A DNA stretch of 64,000 nt from Flectonema sp. DT1601 (lineage: Eukaryota): the NCBI GenBank assembly GCA_964019425.1, contig OZ025790.1, forward strand, positions 1,302,001-1,366,000, given 5' to 3'. The translations under genes and the position numbers were made by a program. Within the stretch, counting starts at the first letter, position 1; every line of letters begins with the position of its first letter. Shown here piece by piece: positions 33,571-45,233 of this stretch. A model generated the notes under the pieces. The model worked only from the letters and a program-made list of their open reading frames with translations. It did not search any database and was not told the DNA's origin.

Positions 33571-35360
33571 TTTTTCATTACTTGTTTTCCATTAGTGTGA
33601 TTTGCTTAGAAAATGTAGATGAAGGAATAATCTTTTTTTTTTTTTTTTTGGCATCGGCCACTTTCCATTCAGCTCGAACAAGAGAGGGAGCAGTTATTTG
33701 TTGAATCTGAATGATTTTTTTATATAAAAATAAAAGAAAGGTGATCACGCGCGAAGTACAATTCGAGTGTTGCACTTCTTTTTTTGTTGTTAATACATTA
33801 TCGATGAGGGGCAATCAGACAAAATAGTAGTAATTAGTAATTACCGATTATTATTACTATTATTTTATAATTGCGTGTTTTTTTGTATTTTTCCCCCCTT
33901 TTTCTTTTCTTTCATTTTCTCTTTCAGAAAAACAAAAAAAACACAAAAAAATAATAATATTTTTTTTTTCGAAGTAAGAAGAGTTCTTATTTTCTCTTGC
34001 TGGGTTTTTTTTTTAAAAAGATGAAGAAGGATATTCATCCGTTCATTACGACAAAAATACTTTTCTTACAACAAGCATAGCTCCCCGAGGCAATTCGTAA
34101 TTGAATAACTCGATTTCGTACTGCACTGAATGACAACACGGAAACAACGAAACATTTAAAAATCCTCCACGTCATTTGCAGAGTGTGTTTACCTGTAGTC
34201 GCTGTGTTTCATAAGATTTTTTAATTTCATTATTTAGGTTTTGATAGAATGCCCAGTTGAATGGTTTACCTCCCGAGGCAATGCATTGAAAAATTCTTCT
34301 TTTTTTTTTTTTTCCCCCTCCATGACTACTACATAACTAGCTGTGGTTAGAGTTTTTTGTTGCTTGGTCACAATCTACAGAAAAAACAGAGAAAAAAAAA
34401 ACGACGAAAATTCGCCGTGTTGCGTTCTGACTTCCTTGGGGTCATCTTCGGTTCTTTCTTGGAAGCAGATGGCGGCGTGCTTTTGAGCCGCCGTGTCTTC
34501 TTTCTGTGTTAAGATTGAAACAGCTGATTTGTTGAAGCTGTGAGGTTGGTCTCTATCACTGACTTCTTTTCGTGTTTTTGATGTGAACCTTGTGAGTGTT
34601 GGGCTTTGCCCAAGTTTATGTTATTAAAAGAAGCGATCGAAAACATATTTGTTTCCTTTTTTATTTATTTTTTTTTTTTTGCTGTCTTGTGTGTTGTCGC
34701 CAAACGAAAAAAAAAACAAAAAAAATAACAATAACTGTATGACAATGGCAGCAGAACTGGAGGTGACTGGTATCCCCCGTTAATTAACTTTTTGATTCAA
34801 CGCATTTATTTTATATCATTATTAAGTAAGTTCAAGAATGGTTAATTTCCCCAACGTGAGCATTTATTACTTTATTGATTCATCAGCAGTCTCAGTCGGG
34901 AAGCGAAACTTTGTTAACTCATCGTTTTTTGTTTTTGTTTTTGTTTTTTTTTTTATCTAAAAAAAAAAAGGGAAATGTGTTTGTAAGATAAAAGAGCTGT
35001 AATGTCGGATGTGAAGGTGAAAATCGACTCGCTCTCCAATTAGTGAAAAAAAAAATTATAGATTCGAGAATTAAAAAAATAAGAGAAAAGACAGAGAACA
35101 AATATCAAAAAAAAAAAAAAAAAACAACAACCTCATCTTATTACTTGTATTGTTCAGTACTCTGGTTCCACACGAAGAAAACACGTTCGTTTAGTTCTCT
35201 GTACAGTTTCTTTTTTTTTTGTATGTTTATTGGTTATTGTCTTTTTTTTTTAAAACCAGATGATCATGCATGAGTCCTCTCCGGGAGAGGTAATTATTTC
35301 ATCATTCGTATTGTTTTTGACACATCACTTCTCAGACATCTACGTAGAACTAAATGATAA

Positions 35361-37634
35361 ATGCTGAATAAAGCATCCCTCTTAAACGGAACCGAACGTG
35401 CCGTGATAAGAGATGAGTTGAGCAGGAGAAGCACCTCACCATTAGGAGAAGTAAGATGTGTGACATGCACACTACCATTAGTTGAAGGGAGATGTCCTAA
35501 CGGGCATGGAGTAGAAACTCCAAAGTACAAAAGCCAAACAACTAGAAGCATATCTCCAAGAAGGGGAGACTCAGTGTTCTCACCAGGTTCTGGAAAGATG
35601 AAGATCACTACGTTGAGCCCTCACACAGTGAGAGGTACTAATACCTACAAAGACTTATCTAGATATTCGGATCACAAGATGCGTTGTTACATAACGCCTG
35701 AGTTAGTGTTAAAGGCTGTGCGTAAACAACTTCATCGCTCAAACGCACAGCTCCATGAAGTTGAACACCTCGTGTTAAAGTGTAAAGGTATCGGAGAACA
35801 GTACGTCAGAATTGAAAATCTTGGAGGCCTCATAAATCTAAAATCCCTCGCAGCTGCCAATCACACATTCTCAAAAATCGACGGCCTCCAACCACTTATA
35901 AACTTAGTCTCATTAGACCTGTCGGGTAATCGCATTCAAAAGATTGAAGGAATTAGCTCTTTAGTCCATCTCAGGGAATTGAACTTGGCTGATAATTTCA
36001 TTGAACACATTCCGTTGCACACGATGTTTCCGAAGAATATTGAGGCTATGAGCTTAGCTAACAACAGGTTATCAACACTTGATGATCTTCACAACTTCAG
36101 AGAAATGACATCATTGCTGTACATTGATTTGAGAGATAACGCAGTTTGTGAACACGCACACTACAGAAGTGTGGCTGCATATGCCGCATTAAGTATAAGG
36201 TATTTGGATGACGTCGAAGTTACTGAAATGGAGCGAAGTGCAGCAATCTATCATTGGGACAGGAAAGGTCTCAGGCCTCTTGAATCTGAGTTGAAAGATT
36301 CCCGAAAAGAAGCTGCCAAGTTAAAAAGAGAACTCGATTTGATGAAATCTGAGTCGTCACAAAAAGATGGTCAGCTTGAAGCCCTGTCAACACTATTAAA
36401 GATGACAACTTCAGAGTCACAGACCACTCGAAAAGACAAGGAAAGTACTGAGAATTGTCTTGCTCAACGCGAGGAAACCTTGTCTGACATGAGAACCATG
36501 TTACTTCAAACAAAGTCTGATTTTGAGTTTTTAAAAATCGAGCTTGAAACTTTGTATCCTGATGCCGCAAAGGCGATTATTGACAAATGTACAAATACCC
36601 TACCTGGTATTGAAGTCCCAAATGTGGAATCTAGTGCTAAGAAACCGCCAACACAAGCAGCAGTGTCTCCACCTTCGCCACCCACAACACCAGGTTGGCA
36701 AAATACTGCTGACAGGGATGCAGGACAGTCATCTCTTGTTCCACAGTCATTACTGAAGCGGTATGATGATATTTCTGGTAATGCGGAAGAACAATCAGCC
36801 CCTCGAGGATCTCTGTTAAAAAAGTACAGTGAATTATCAAGCAGGCCTAGCCCTGCCACTGTTTCGCAACAGCAATATTTTCAGGGGAATGGTTTACCCA
36901 GTCCAGCCCCATCAGCACCAAAATCGTTGTTGAAAAAATATGACGAGCTTAGTGGTAAGAGTCAGCAGCCAGATACCCTTGTTCCACAATCCTTAGTTCG
37001 AAGGTATGATGACAAACAAGCGGATGGTTTCCCTCCTTCTCACTCCCCTCCACCAAACGCTTCCGTTAAGGGCAAGTCAGTCACAAATTCTTCTGTCCCT
37101 GACGCAAAAGTCACGCAGTCAGGACCTAACATTCCACTAACGTACTCGTCTCTCTTAGAAAAAAGGGATCCAATGCATAGGAGGCAAAGTGGTGCTTCTG
37201 AAGAGTCGCTAAAGAGAACTCTCAGTCCTCACGAAGTTTTGATGGGAGAGGGACCTGTTGAGGTGAGTATGAATAGTTCTTTTGCATCAGCAAGTCCTTC
37301 TGTAGTCACATCAGCGGCAGCTTCAGTTGACGTAAAATTCATGAGTTTGATTAGAAAGGCCCTTCATTGTGAGAAGTGTGCCGAAGCCTATGAGAAAAAA
37401 CGCCTCACTGAGCTTCGTAAATGCAGTCCTGACCATGTTCTTGGTGAGCTCCAAATTTCAGTGCCTGGCTTCACCAAGGAGCTAACTGAAAAAGAAATTG
37501 TTGCCTTTGCACATCGAAAACTTGAATTTCATAAGCAGCGTTCAACCTGGTGTCTTGCTAAGTACGATGAGTGCATGGCATCTTGCAACCGCTACTTGCG
37601 AAGAGCCAGGGACCTGGTCCCTGAAATATCATAA
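35361..37634 (+). CDS. SDS22-type LRR + LRRcap + coiled-coil protein (centriolin-like architecture)
   Basis: LDLSGNRIQKIEGI repeats, YR...YLDDVEVTEMER cap, coiled coil, four SL(L/V)(K/R)(K/R)Y motifs. Confidence 0.8.
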   Translation: MLNKASLLNGTERAVIRDELSRRSTSPLGEVRCVTCTLPLVEGRCPNGHGVETPKYKSQTTRSISPRRGDSVFSPGSGKMKITTLSPHTVRGTNTYKDLSRYSDHKMRCYITPELVLKAVRKQLHRSNAQLHEVEHLVLKCKGIGEQYVRIENLGGLINLKSLAAANHTFSKIDGLQPLINLVSLDLSGNRIQKIEGISSLVHLRELNLADNFIEHIPLHTMFPKNIEAMSLANNRLSTLDDLHNFREMTSLLYIDLRDNAVCEHAHYRSVAAYAALSIRYLDDVEVTEMERSAAIYHWDRKGLRPLESELKDSRKEAAKLKRELDLMKSESSQKDGQLEALSTLLKMTTSESQTTRKDKESTENCLAQREETLSDMRTMLLQTKSDFEFLKIELETLYPDAAKAIIDKCTNTLPGIEVPNVESSAKKPPTQAAVSPPSPPTTPGWQNTADRDAGQSSLVPQSLLKRYDDISGNAEEQSAPRGSLLKKYSELSSRPSPATVSQQQYFQGNGLPSPAPSAPKSLLKKYDELSGKSQQPDTLVPQSLVRRYDDKQADGFPPSHSPPPNASVKGKSVTNSSVPDAKVTQSGPNIPLTYSSLLEKRDPMHRRQSGASEESLKRTLSPHEVLMGEGPVEVSMNSSFASASPSVVTSAAASVDVKFMSLIRKALHCEKCAEAYEKKRLTELRKCSPDHVLGELQISVPGFTKELTEKEIVAFAHRKLEFHKQRSTWCLAKYDECMASCNRYLRRARDLVPEIS

Positions 37635-37898
37635 GACTCAACAACTGAATCATAACTTTAGATCCGATTTGTATTATGTTTTTTTGTAACTCAAGAAAAA
37701 GAAAGGTAATTATTCTGACTTCCGCGTGCCAACCCTGCTTACCAGGAACATCGGCTTGTCTACTGAAATGTGTTTTTTAGTTGTCTTCCTTTTTTTGTTT
37801 CTCCCTCTTTTCTTGTATCGCAGTTACTGAGTGTCCAGAGAATGTGTTGCAGCAAACTGCATGCAGAATAATTTCTTTCTTTTCGGCAGTACAATCAA

Positions 37899-37908
37899 GT
37901 TCGAATCC
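37899..37908 (+). promoter_or_regulatory. Extragenic B-box upstream of U3
   Basis: GTTCGAATCC, 86 nt upstream. Confidence 0.7.
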
Positions 37909-37984
37909 CGGTGAAGGCTATAAGTGACTCTCTTTTGGTGATAGGCAGCCCCCTGAACGAAGCTGTGAGGGAGTTTTAGAGATT

Positions 37985-38166
37985 AAGACTGTACTCTACA
38001 CAGGATCTGTTTTTGAGTACATTCGTGTTGGAGTTTACATAACCCAGCACAAGGCCAAAGCTGGATGATGACGTAGACCAGCACTGTGCCGCATGAGCAT
38101 TGCGATGATTGCATACGATGCGTCAAGTTTTACCTTGACAAGCACAGTCTGGTCACTTACAGCTTT
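37985..38166 (+). ncRNA. U3: U3 snoRNA copy 3
   Basis: Matches copy 1 with one substitution seen. Confidence 0.88.
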
Positions 38167-38289
38167 TTTAATAAAATCAACATAAGAAATGTTCCTCGCG
38201 ATGATTCATAAGACATTCGAGAATCCATTGAATTAAGTTCCAAGCTTTCCTGTCCAAAGTCTAGCCAAGATGTCACTTTTATTCATTCA

Positions 38290-38299
38290 GTTCGAATCC
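38290..38299 (+). promoter_or_regulatory. Extragenic B-box upstream of U2
   Basis: GTTCGAATCC, 86 nt upstream. Confidence 0.7.
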
Positions 38300-38375
38300 C
38301 CGTGAAGTATGGTTTTCTTCCTAGAATAAAGGATCCGGCGTCTGCGGGGTAAGTGAAGTTGTTCTTTTCAAGTTC

Positions 38376-38565
38376 ATACCTTCTCGGCCTTTTGGCTAAG
38401 ATCAAGTGTAGTATCTGTTCTTATCAGCTTAATATCTGATATGACACCTTGTGTGTCAACGATATTATAGTAATTTCTTGTTGGGGTGTCGGGTAGCTTG
38501 GGGCAACTCAGGTCCGGCACAAGTGTTGCCCTGGAGCTGCACCACATCCAGGAGTGGCACACCCA
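38376..38565 (+). ncRNA. U2: U2 snRNA copy 3
   Basis: Matches copy 1. Confidence 0.97.
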
Positions 38566-38636
38566 TTTTTAATTAAAGCAGAGATAGTTTATGTCTTGAA
38601 TATACAAGCCATTTTAATCAGAGCAAGCCAGCCCAA

Positions 38637-39998
38637 ATGGATTTGGTAGTAACCCTGCCTGACAGCAGAAGCATCACGATATCCATTTCTCGCAACACTC
38701 TCGTCTGTGATGCAAAGATTTTCATTGCTGAGAATGAAGGTCTGCAGGAGAGTATGTTTGACCTTACCGTGGAAGGCGACGTGCTGGATGAAACGAGAAA
38801 TATTAATTCTTACGGGATTCACGACGCCACTGACGTCGTTGTTGAGGTTTCAAGAAAAGCGATTGCAATAAAGAGGATCGGGTGTGAAGTCACTGCTGCT
38901 CATCTCAAAAATGCAATCAAATCTGGTAATGATATCAGCTTGATAGGAGAATACTTTTACGCAGGTATATCAATCAACGAAAACCTAGGATCGCGAAAGA
39001 CGCCCTTGTTTCATGCTGCAAAATGTGGAAACCGTGACTTGTGCGCTTTACTACTAGATATACCCGGTATTGATCCAAAGGTAACAAGCGAAGGTGGTTT
39101 AACTGCGTTTTCTGCTGCTGTTGAAAATAATCATTTGGAAGTTGTGAAATTGTTTTTGAATAAAGATAATCTGGATTTTGGCAACGATGGTGACAATGGT
39201 CAGAATTCATTTCTTACTGCTTGTGAAAATGGAAATCTTGAAATGGTCAAGCTACTGTGGGAATACTGCTTCAGTAAAACTGGTTGGAAACAACAAGATG
39301 GAATGTGTAATCCATACCTTTCTTGTTGCAAAAGCCTTCGTCCTTTCGAAACATTAAAATACCTGGTCTCTATAGAGTCTCTTCATCATTGTATAAACGC
39401 ACTTCACAGAGGGGGTACGGCTCTGCATCTGGCCTGTACAAGTTTCAATGATGACGAAGGACAGTTAATCGATTTATTGTTGCAAATACCCGACATAAAT
39501 CCAGATATTGTAAACGAGTCGTTTGGATTCACTGCTCTGATTTTTCTGTGCGGCAGTGGATCATCTCTTGAGAAAGTTAAGAAATTAGTAGAGTTCGGAG
39601 CAGATGTAAACATACAAACCAATCAAGGTAAACAGACTGCTTTACTAGAAGCAGTTCGAGTTGGTGAGTTGGATATTGTCAAATATCTTTGTGATCATCG
39701 TGACATAGACAGGTCCGCAGTATCCAACACAGGATTGTCTGCAATCTGCATTGCTGCTCTGAGAAATGACATTCCTGTTATGTCTTGTCTCACTTCGTAT
39801 GGCGACTTAAATATAAATGCTTCCGATGAATATGGGAGAACTCCGTTGCAAATATCATGTGGTTATAGCCAATTAGAAGCAGTGCAGAAATTAGTTGAAC
39901 ATCCAAATGTTGATATCAACACTCGAGACATTTTCGGAACCACTCCTCTTTTGAGTCTGTTGCTTGGAAGTGAATCTGTGAGGAAGATCCAGCATTAG
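38637..39998 (+). CDS. Ubiquitin-like domain + ankyrin repeat protein
   Basis: MDLVVTLPDSRSITI..LTVEGDVLDE..INSYGI Ubl; ankyrin repeats TPLFHAAKCG, TALHLAC, GRTPLQISC. Confidence 0.88.
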   Translation: MDLVVTLPDSRSITISISRNTLVCDAKIFIAENEGLQESMFDLTVEGDVLDETRNINSYGIHDATDVVVEVSRKAIAIKRIGCEVTAAHLKNAIKSGNDISLIGEYFYAGISINENLGSRKTPLFHAAKCGNRDLCALLLDIPGIDPKVTSEGGLTAFSAAVENNHLEVVKLFLNKDNLDFGNDGDNGQNSFLTACENGNLEMVKLLWEYCFSKTGWKQQDGMCNPYLSCCKSLRPFETLKYLVSIESLHHCINALHRGGTALHLACTSFNDDEGQLIDLLLQIPDINPDIVNESFGFTALIFLCGSGSSLEKVKKLVEFGADVNIQTNQGKQTALLEAVRVGELDIVKYLCDHRDIDRSAVSNTGLSAICIAALRNDIPVMSCLTSYGDLNINASDEYGRTPLQISCGYSQLEAVQKLVEHPNVDINTRDIFGTTPLLSLLLGSESVRKIQH

Positions 39999-40012
39999 AC
40001 GCCGATCGTCAG

Positions 40013-40022
40013 GTTCGATTCC
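40013..40022 (+). promoter_or_regulatory. Extragenic B-box upstream of U1
   Basis: GTTCGATTCC, 87 nt upstream. Confidence 0.7.
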
Positions 40023-40099
40023 GGGTCGAAGCATGATAAACTAGCTGGTTCTGAAATTGTCGGCCTCCTGGAAAGCTTCTGAAGGATATTTTGAGAAGT

Positions 40100-40260
40100 A
40101 CATACCTGATTGGTGTCTGGCCTGATCACGTAGGGTGCCGACATAACAACGGTCCTTGCATTGCACTTCGCTTGGAACGTTGTTAGGGGGCTGGTTTCGG
40201 CTGGCTTCCCACAATGAAATTTTTGGTAGCGGTGGTGCTGCGCTTGCGCAAACCCACCTT
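40100..40260 (+). ncRNA. U1: U1 snRNA copy 3
   Basis: Matches copy 1. Confidence 0.92.
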
Positions 40261-41195
40261 ATTTTTTTAAAATTAGAATACTTCTGTGTGTGTATTGTGT
40301 GAATGACGGACCTCATCTTATGCGAAGCCCTCATCTTATGCGAAGCCCTTATTTATCTCATTGTTGATATCTGCCTACGACCTTAATCTTAGAATCTTTA
40401 TTTTCAGCACAAGAAATATGGGTAACACACATGCAATCAAGGCTGCTGCAGTGTGCAATCAATTCATAGAGATCCGCACTCAGGCAGGAGAAGTATATCT
40501 GATTAACGCAACCCATATTACTCAGGTTTGTTCTTTACCTTCTTCTCAGACTCGTACGTTTCATTCGCATTAAAAAAAATCATATCAGGTGACAAGAACA
40601 CCGGAATGCGTTAAAATAGTAGTAACAGGTGGGAGAGATCATGAGATAATGTACCAAGTATGGATTTATTTGTATCAGAATATCAGACGAAAAACTCTGT
40701 TCCTCTTTTTTTAAATAAACAAAAATTCTCAGATTCATAAAGAGTGTTATCCTCAAGTGGTGGAGGCGATAGCAGCAGCTATGGGCCCGCTTAAAGAATA
40801 AGTAGAATGTTGATATGGCAACGATTCTCTCTGTTTGAAGTACACCCATATATACAGCAACTTGATGCTGGCTCTTTTTCGCTCAAAAAAGTTCTTCTCA
40901 TGAAGTCAGTAGTTGGATATTTCTGGGATGTGTTCGGCTTGTGACATATTCAGCCTTAGCAAACAAAGGTATTCTATCTTCGATCTTGCTCCAAAATCTT
41001 GTTCATTTTCTTTTTTTTTTTGATGGACTCCCTTGACTGAGTTGCGTATTTGGAAAAAAAAATGGAAACTTAAATATTAGTTTTTTAACAGTTTTTCAGA
41101 GAGACGGTAGGAGATGTTTGTAATTTAACGACATTAGTTTAAATCATCTCTCACAGGAGAAAAAACAAAAAAACAAAAACAACCGAAACTATAAA

Positions 41196-41712
41196 ATGCC
41201 TTCTGTTATTGGTTTAACTCAGATTAAAGAAGCCTTTGAGCTTTTCGACTGGGATGGCAGCGGTGCTATCGATGTTGAAGAATTGAAATTAGCGATGCAG
41301 GCTTTGGGGATCATGATGACCCCACAAGAGATCGTTGACACTATGCAAAAAGTTGATAAAGATGCCAACAACACTATTGAATATCCAGAGTTTGAAATGA
41401 TGATGATGGATTGCTTTGAGTCGAGGGACACTAAGGAAGAGATGAAGAAAGCGTTCTCATACTTCGATTTGGATAAGACCGGAAACATCACAGTTGACAA
41501 CCTTGGTATGAATTGAACACAAAACAAACAAACTAACATAACCTTCAAATAAACAAAACAATCAAACAGTGGCTGTAGCAACTCAGCTGGGAGAGAATCC
41601 AGATGACGTTCGTGAAAACCTCGCTGAGTACGTTGCTGCTGCCAGCGGTGGTAACGATTGCATGACTAGCTCACAATGGATTGCAGTCATGGAGACAATG
41701 AAAGGTAAATAA
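41196..41712 (+). CDS. Centrin/calmodulin-like EF-hand protein; exons 41196-41505, 41570-41712
   Basis: EF loops [36 protein letters not shown]; intron with ACTAAC branch motif; degenerate fourth EF hand. Confidence 0.88.
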
Positions 41713-42022
41713 TCTCTTTTTCGTGTTCCCATCCCACCCAGATTTTGTGCGACCGACCGAAAGACAGAAGTTTGTTTGCTGTTCTGTATAACCTTTCCCG
41801 CATCCGACTCCTTCCCCAATATCCGGTACGCTGTCCGATCGATCTCCGTCTTTTAGCTTCCGGCAGTAGTGTTGCTTTGTAGTCCAGAAATAGTTTGTTC
41901 TCTGTAATATTTAATATAAATTTCAGACAGCGAGATACAACAAAAATGTCCACAAAACAATAAATGAGAGACGAAAGTGTTTTCCAACATCAACATCAAC
42001 AGCTCAGGTAATTTGTGTTCCG

Positions 42023-43858
42023 ATGTTTCAAAAAAGAGCATCCGTCGTTGATGTTGAGATGACTAAATTAGATCAAAGCGAAATGTTGTTATGGAACACA
42101 GAATCACTTTCTTCAAGAAGAGTAGAGCATGATATTCAGAATAGATTAACTGTAACTAATCGTGGTAGTGGATTAGGTGATTCTGAAGATATGGAACCAG
42201 AGATTGAAAGAATAAAAAATGGATACAGAAGGCTTACCAAAACCAGCAGTCTAGACGCGGCAGCTGAAAAATGGATGATGAAAAGACGATCGACACTGGC
42301 TTCACTACGCAATGGAGAATCACTGTCATCATCACAGACAACATCAGAGTTTGATACTAACGAAATCTCAAGACGTGATTTAATTATTGAACTTCACACC
42401 CTCCGAGAGCAGTACAAACTCAGATGTGAAGAACTAATTTCCGCCAAGAGTGGTATCGTAGTGACCACTATTTCATCTGATGTGTCAAAACTGAAATCCC
42501 GACATGCCTTACACCTGCTAAGAACTACCCGCCAGCTCTCCGACATTTTAATTAAAGTAAGAAACGACATCGATACCTACACTACTATTTTTAGTGACTT
42601 AGTAAATTCTGGTTTTAACAAACTTCATCACCTCGTTGTTGAGATGGCATCGGCTGCAGAACACCAAAAGGAAGAATCTCCTCAAAAAACACCACCTCGA
42701 ACCAGCGTTGTTAAGATAAAAAAATCCCTTGATGTAGAAGCAATATCTCGTCAAAAGACGGAATCGAACTTGAGAGCGGTAGTTGGAGATCTGCAGTCGC
42801 AGCTTACACTCAGTACTAAGAAATGTAGTTTCTTAGATAAGAGAGTTAGGGAACAAGGGTTGCTGTTGAAGGCGGAATCGGAAAAGAAATATAAAAACAG
42901 TTCAAGCAATACTGTCGCTAAGAAAACAATTTCGGTTGGAGTGCAGTTTACCAAACCGGTAGAAGTGGAGGAGTTATGTAAGCCAGTGACTGAATGCAAA
43001 CAGCAACACTGGTCAGACTCTCTTGTGTCTATCTCCTCACCTTTAATATCGTTTCATAAACCTGAAGATGAGAATGTGTTTAAAAACAACAAACCTAATA
43101 AATCTACTCAACCAATAACAAAACCAAAACCAAAACCGAAACCGGTAGTAAAAATCTCGTCATCTGTGAATGCCGTCTCTGTGTATTTAGACAAAGGTTG
43201 CGATCCAATCCCCAAATTAGAAGCTGTTGCTGATCAAGATTTGAAGACTTCCCTAATGAAATTGTTACAAAGAGAAGGAAAGCTTTTGATAAATAAATTA
43301 TTAAAAGACGATAATGGAATCGGAAGAAGTGTACAGCGACAGGTGGTGACGGACCTGTCAAAAGTAGCAGCACACTTGATGGGCTTACCGGCAGTCTTTA
43401 CAAGATTACTGATGTGGGATTCTGCTAAACGTGATAAGATGCAAAGACTGACAACAGCAGTGCGTTCAGATATCGAAACAGCAATTAGTCGATCGCATGA
43501 GTTGTCTCGTGCTGCGGCAATGTACTGGAATAGTTCTTATCCGAATGTCTGTTTTGACAATGCTGCTTCTGAGGAAGTCATTTCAGGTCACAATACAGTT
43601 TATCCGTTCCCACACTCGAATGGAATATTTCCTGGTGGTAGTGTGCGCCGTCCACGAAGTGCTTCAAAAAAAAAAGATTTGTTGAAAATTAAAAAACCGT
43701 CACCGCCACCTGACAATCCGTATCAACTTTCTGGTCGAATCGTGTTTGCTACCAATCCTGAGGCGTTGAAACCGAGACCACCGACAACAACTTCACCTGT
43801 TGCCATTCGAGTAACCTCACCTGTTGGATTTATTAATAATATAGGTCGTATCAATTGA
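42023..43858 (+). CDS. Hypothetical coiled-coil protein
   Basis: 611-aa open frame. Confidence 0.7.
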   Translation: MFQKRASVVDVEMTKLDQSEMLLWNTESLSSRRVEHDIQNRLTVTNRGSGLGDSEDMEPEIERIKNGYRRLTKTSSLDAAAEKWMMKRRSTLASLRNGESLSSSQTTSEFDTNEISRRDLIIELHTLREQYKLRCEELISAKSGIVVTTISSDVSKLKSRHALHLLRTTRQLSDILIKVRNDIDTYTTIFSDLVNSGFNKLHHLVVEMASAAEHQKEESPQKTPPRTSVVKIKKSLDVEAISRQKTESNLRAVVGDLQSQLTLSTKKCSFLDKRVREQGLLLKAESEKKYKNSSSNTVAKKTISVGVQFTKPVEVEELCKPVTECKQQHWSDSLVSISSPLISFHKPEDENVFKNNKPNKSTQPITKPKPKPKPVVKISSSVNAVSVYLDKGCDPIPKLEAVADQDLKTSLMKLLQREGKLLINKLLKDDNGIGRSVQRQVVTDLSKVAAHLMGLPAVFTRLLMWDSAKRDKMQRLTTAVRSDIETAISRSHELSRAAAMYWNSSYPNVCFDNAASEEVISGHNTVYPFPHSNGIFPGGSVRRPRSASKKKDLLKIKKPSPPPDNPYQLSGRIVFATNPEALKPRPPTTTSPVAIRVTSPVGFINNIGRIN

Positions 43859-44178
43859 GAATTTTGAATTTTTTTTTATTAGGATGTACCTGTATTAGGT
43901 TTTTTTTATTTTTTTTTTTTTATTTGACGGACCGGCTTTACAGCACTGGTTTAAAACAATTTTTTTTTTTTCTGTTTTCACTTTTCTGAGCAATTTATTT
44001 TACCACAGGTTTATCAAAAAGAATGTTTTTAGTGAAAGATGTGATTTTTGTTAAAAACAGCACTACTTTATCAGTTTATAAAGTCGGTTCACGGGTTTTT
44101 CGTGAAACAAACAAACAAAAAAAAAAATCAACAAAGTTTTTTTTTTTTTCACCTCTTCTCTACTTTACAATATCCAGG

Positions 44179-45142
44179 TGTGTGTGTGGACTGTATTGGT
44201 CAGCTGGAGATGATTGCGATTCACAGAAAACCAGTTGATTTGAGAGTCGTTAATTTAGAACAAATAGACGATCACTATATTAAAAAAAAAATTAAAATTT
44301 TTGAAGAAAATGTTGGTTCAAACCACACTGTTGGTCACGTTAAGAATAGTGATGGCGGATATGGTTTATCCTCCTATGACAGTAGTAGTCATGAATTCAT
44401 ATTAATGGAAACTCTTGACGGGATGAAGCTTTGTAAAAAACCAGACAACAACACTGTTCTTGACTTGGACTCATGTGTGATTGCGTGTGGGGAAAATGAG
44501 ATAATTTTTCCTGAAGCGATTCCTCAGATATCCTTAAATAAAAAATTAAAATTCGACATTGCGTTTATTAGTTCTCTGTGGGATGCTACTCCTCGTACTC
44601 TTCGTAAACTCAAAGACTTATTTTTCGGTTCATTCGGAGAGAGTGACACCGTGATTAACATCGCCAGAATAGTAATATTCTTCGACCCTCCTGGAGAACT
44701 CAGCATCGAAGGTATTGAATTTCAATGTAGGTTAATAAATACGTTTTTATCCGAACTAAGCAAAACAATACCCATCGACATCATTACAAGTGGTGTTGGT
44801 AAGGAATTATTTCCTTGCATGGAAAACAGTGAAACTATTTCTGTATATAAGTCACCTCTGTTCGTCGAATTATCTGGTGGGTTGACCCTAGCGATTGTAT
44901 TAAATTGGAGTCCTTCACCTAACCAATTGAGATGTGGAATCCTTCAGTCTGCTTTGTTTACAAAATGGATATTGACGACTTCTCCTCATGTTGTAATTTA
45001 TTCAGATGAAGTTCAATCGTTTTCTTCAGAGAGTAATTCTCAAACAAAATTTGTGAGGGTTCCATCACTCTCCGATCCGTTAATTGTGTTGGTTGGATAC
45101 GATGCTTCAGTTAAAACAATACCTCTCGACTTCGGTAGTTAA
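44179..45142 (+). CDS. Divergent DNA polymerase delta small subunit (POLD2/B-subunit)-like protein; 5' end uncertain
   Basis: Ordered similarity to POLD2: CIGQL, AFISSL, INIARIVIF, TFLSELSKTIPIDII, PHVVIY, FVRVPSL. A CAG acceptor precedes 44179. Confidence 0.5.
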
Positions 45143-45233
45143 CAAAATGTTGACACATGAAGGTTGATCGTGTTCTTCATCAGAAGTATATTTTTTTCTC
45201 AAAACAGTTAACCCCCCCTTCCTCCTCTCTATA

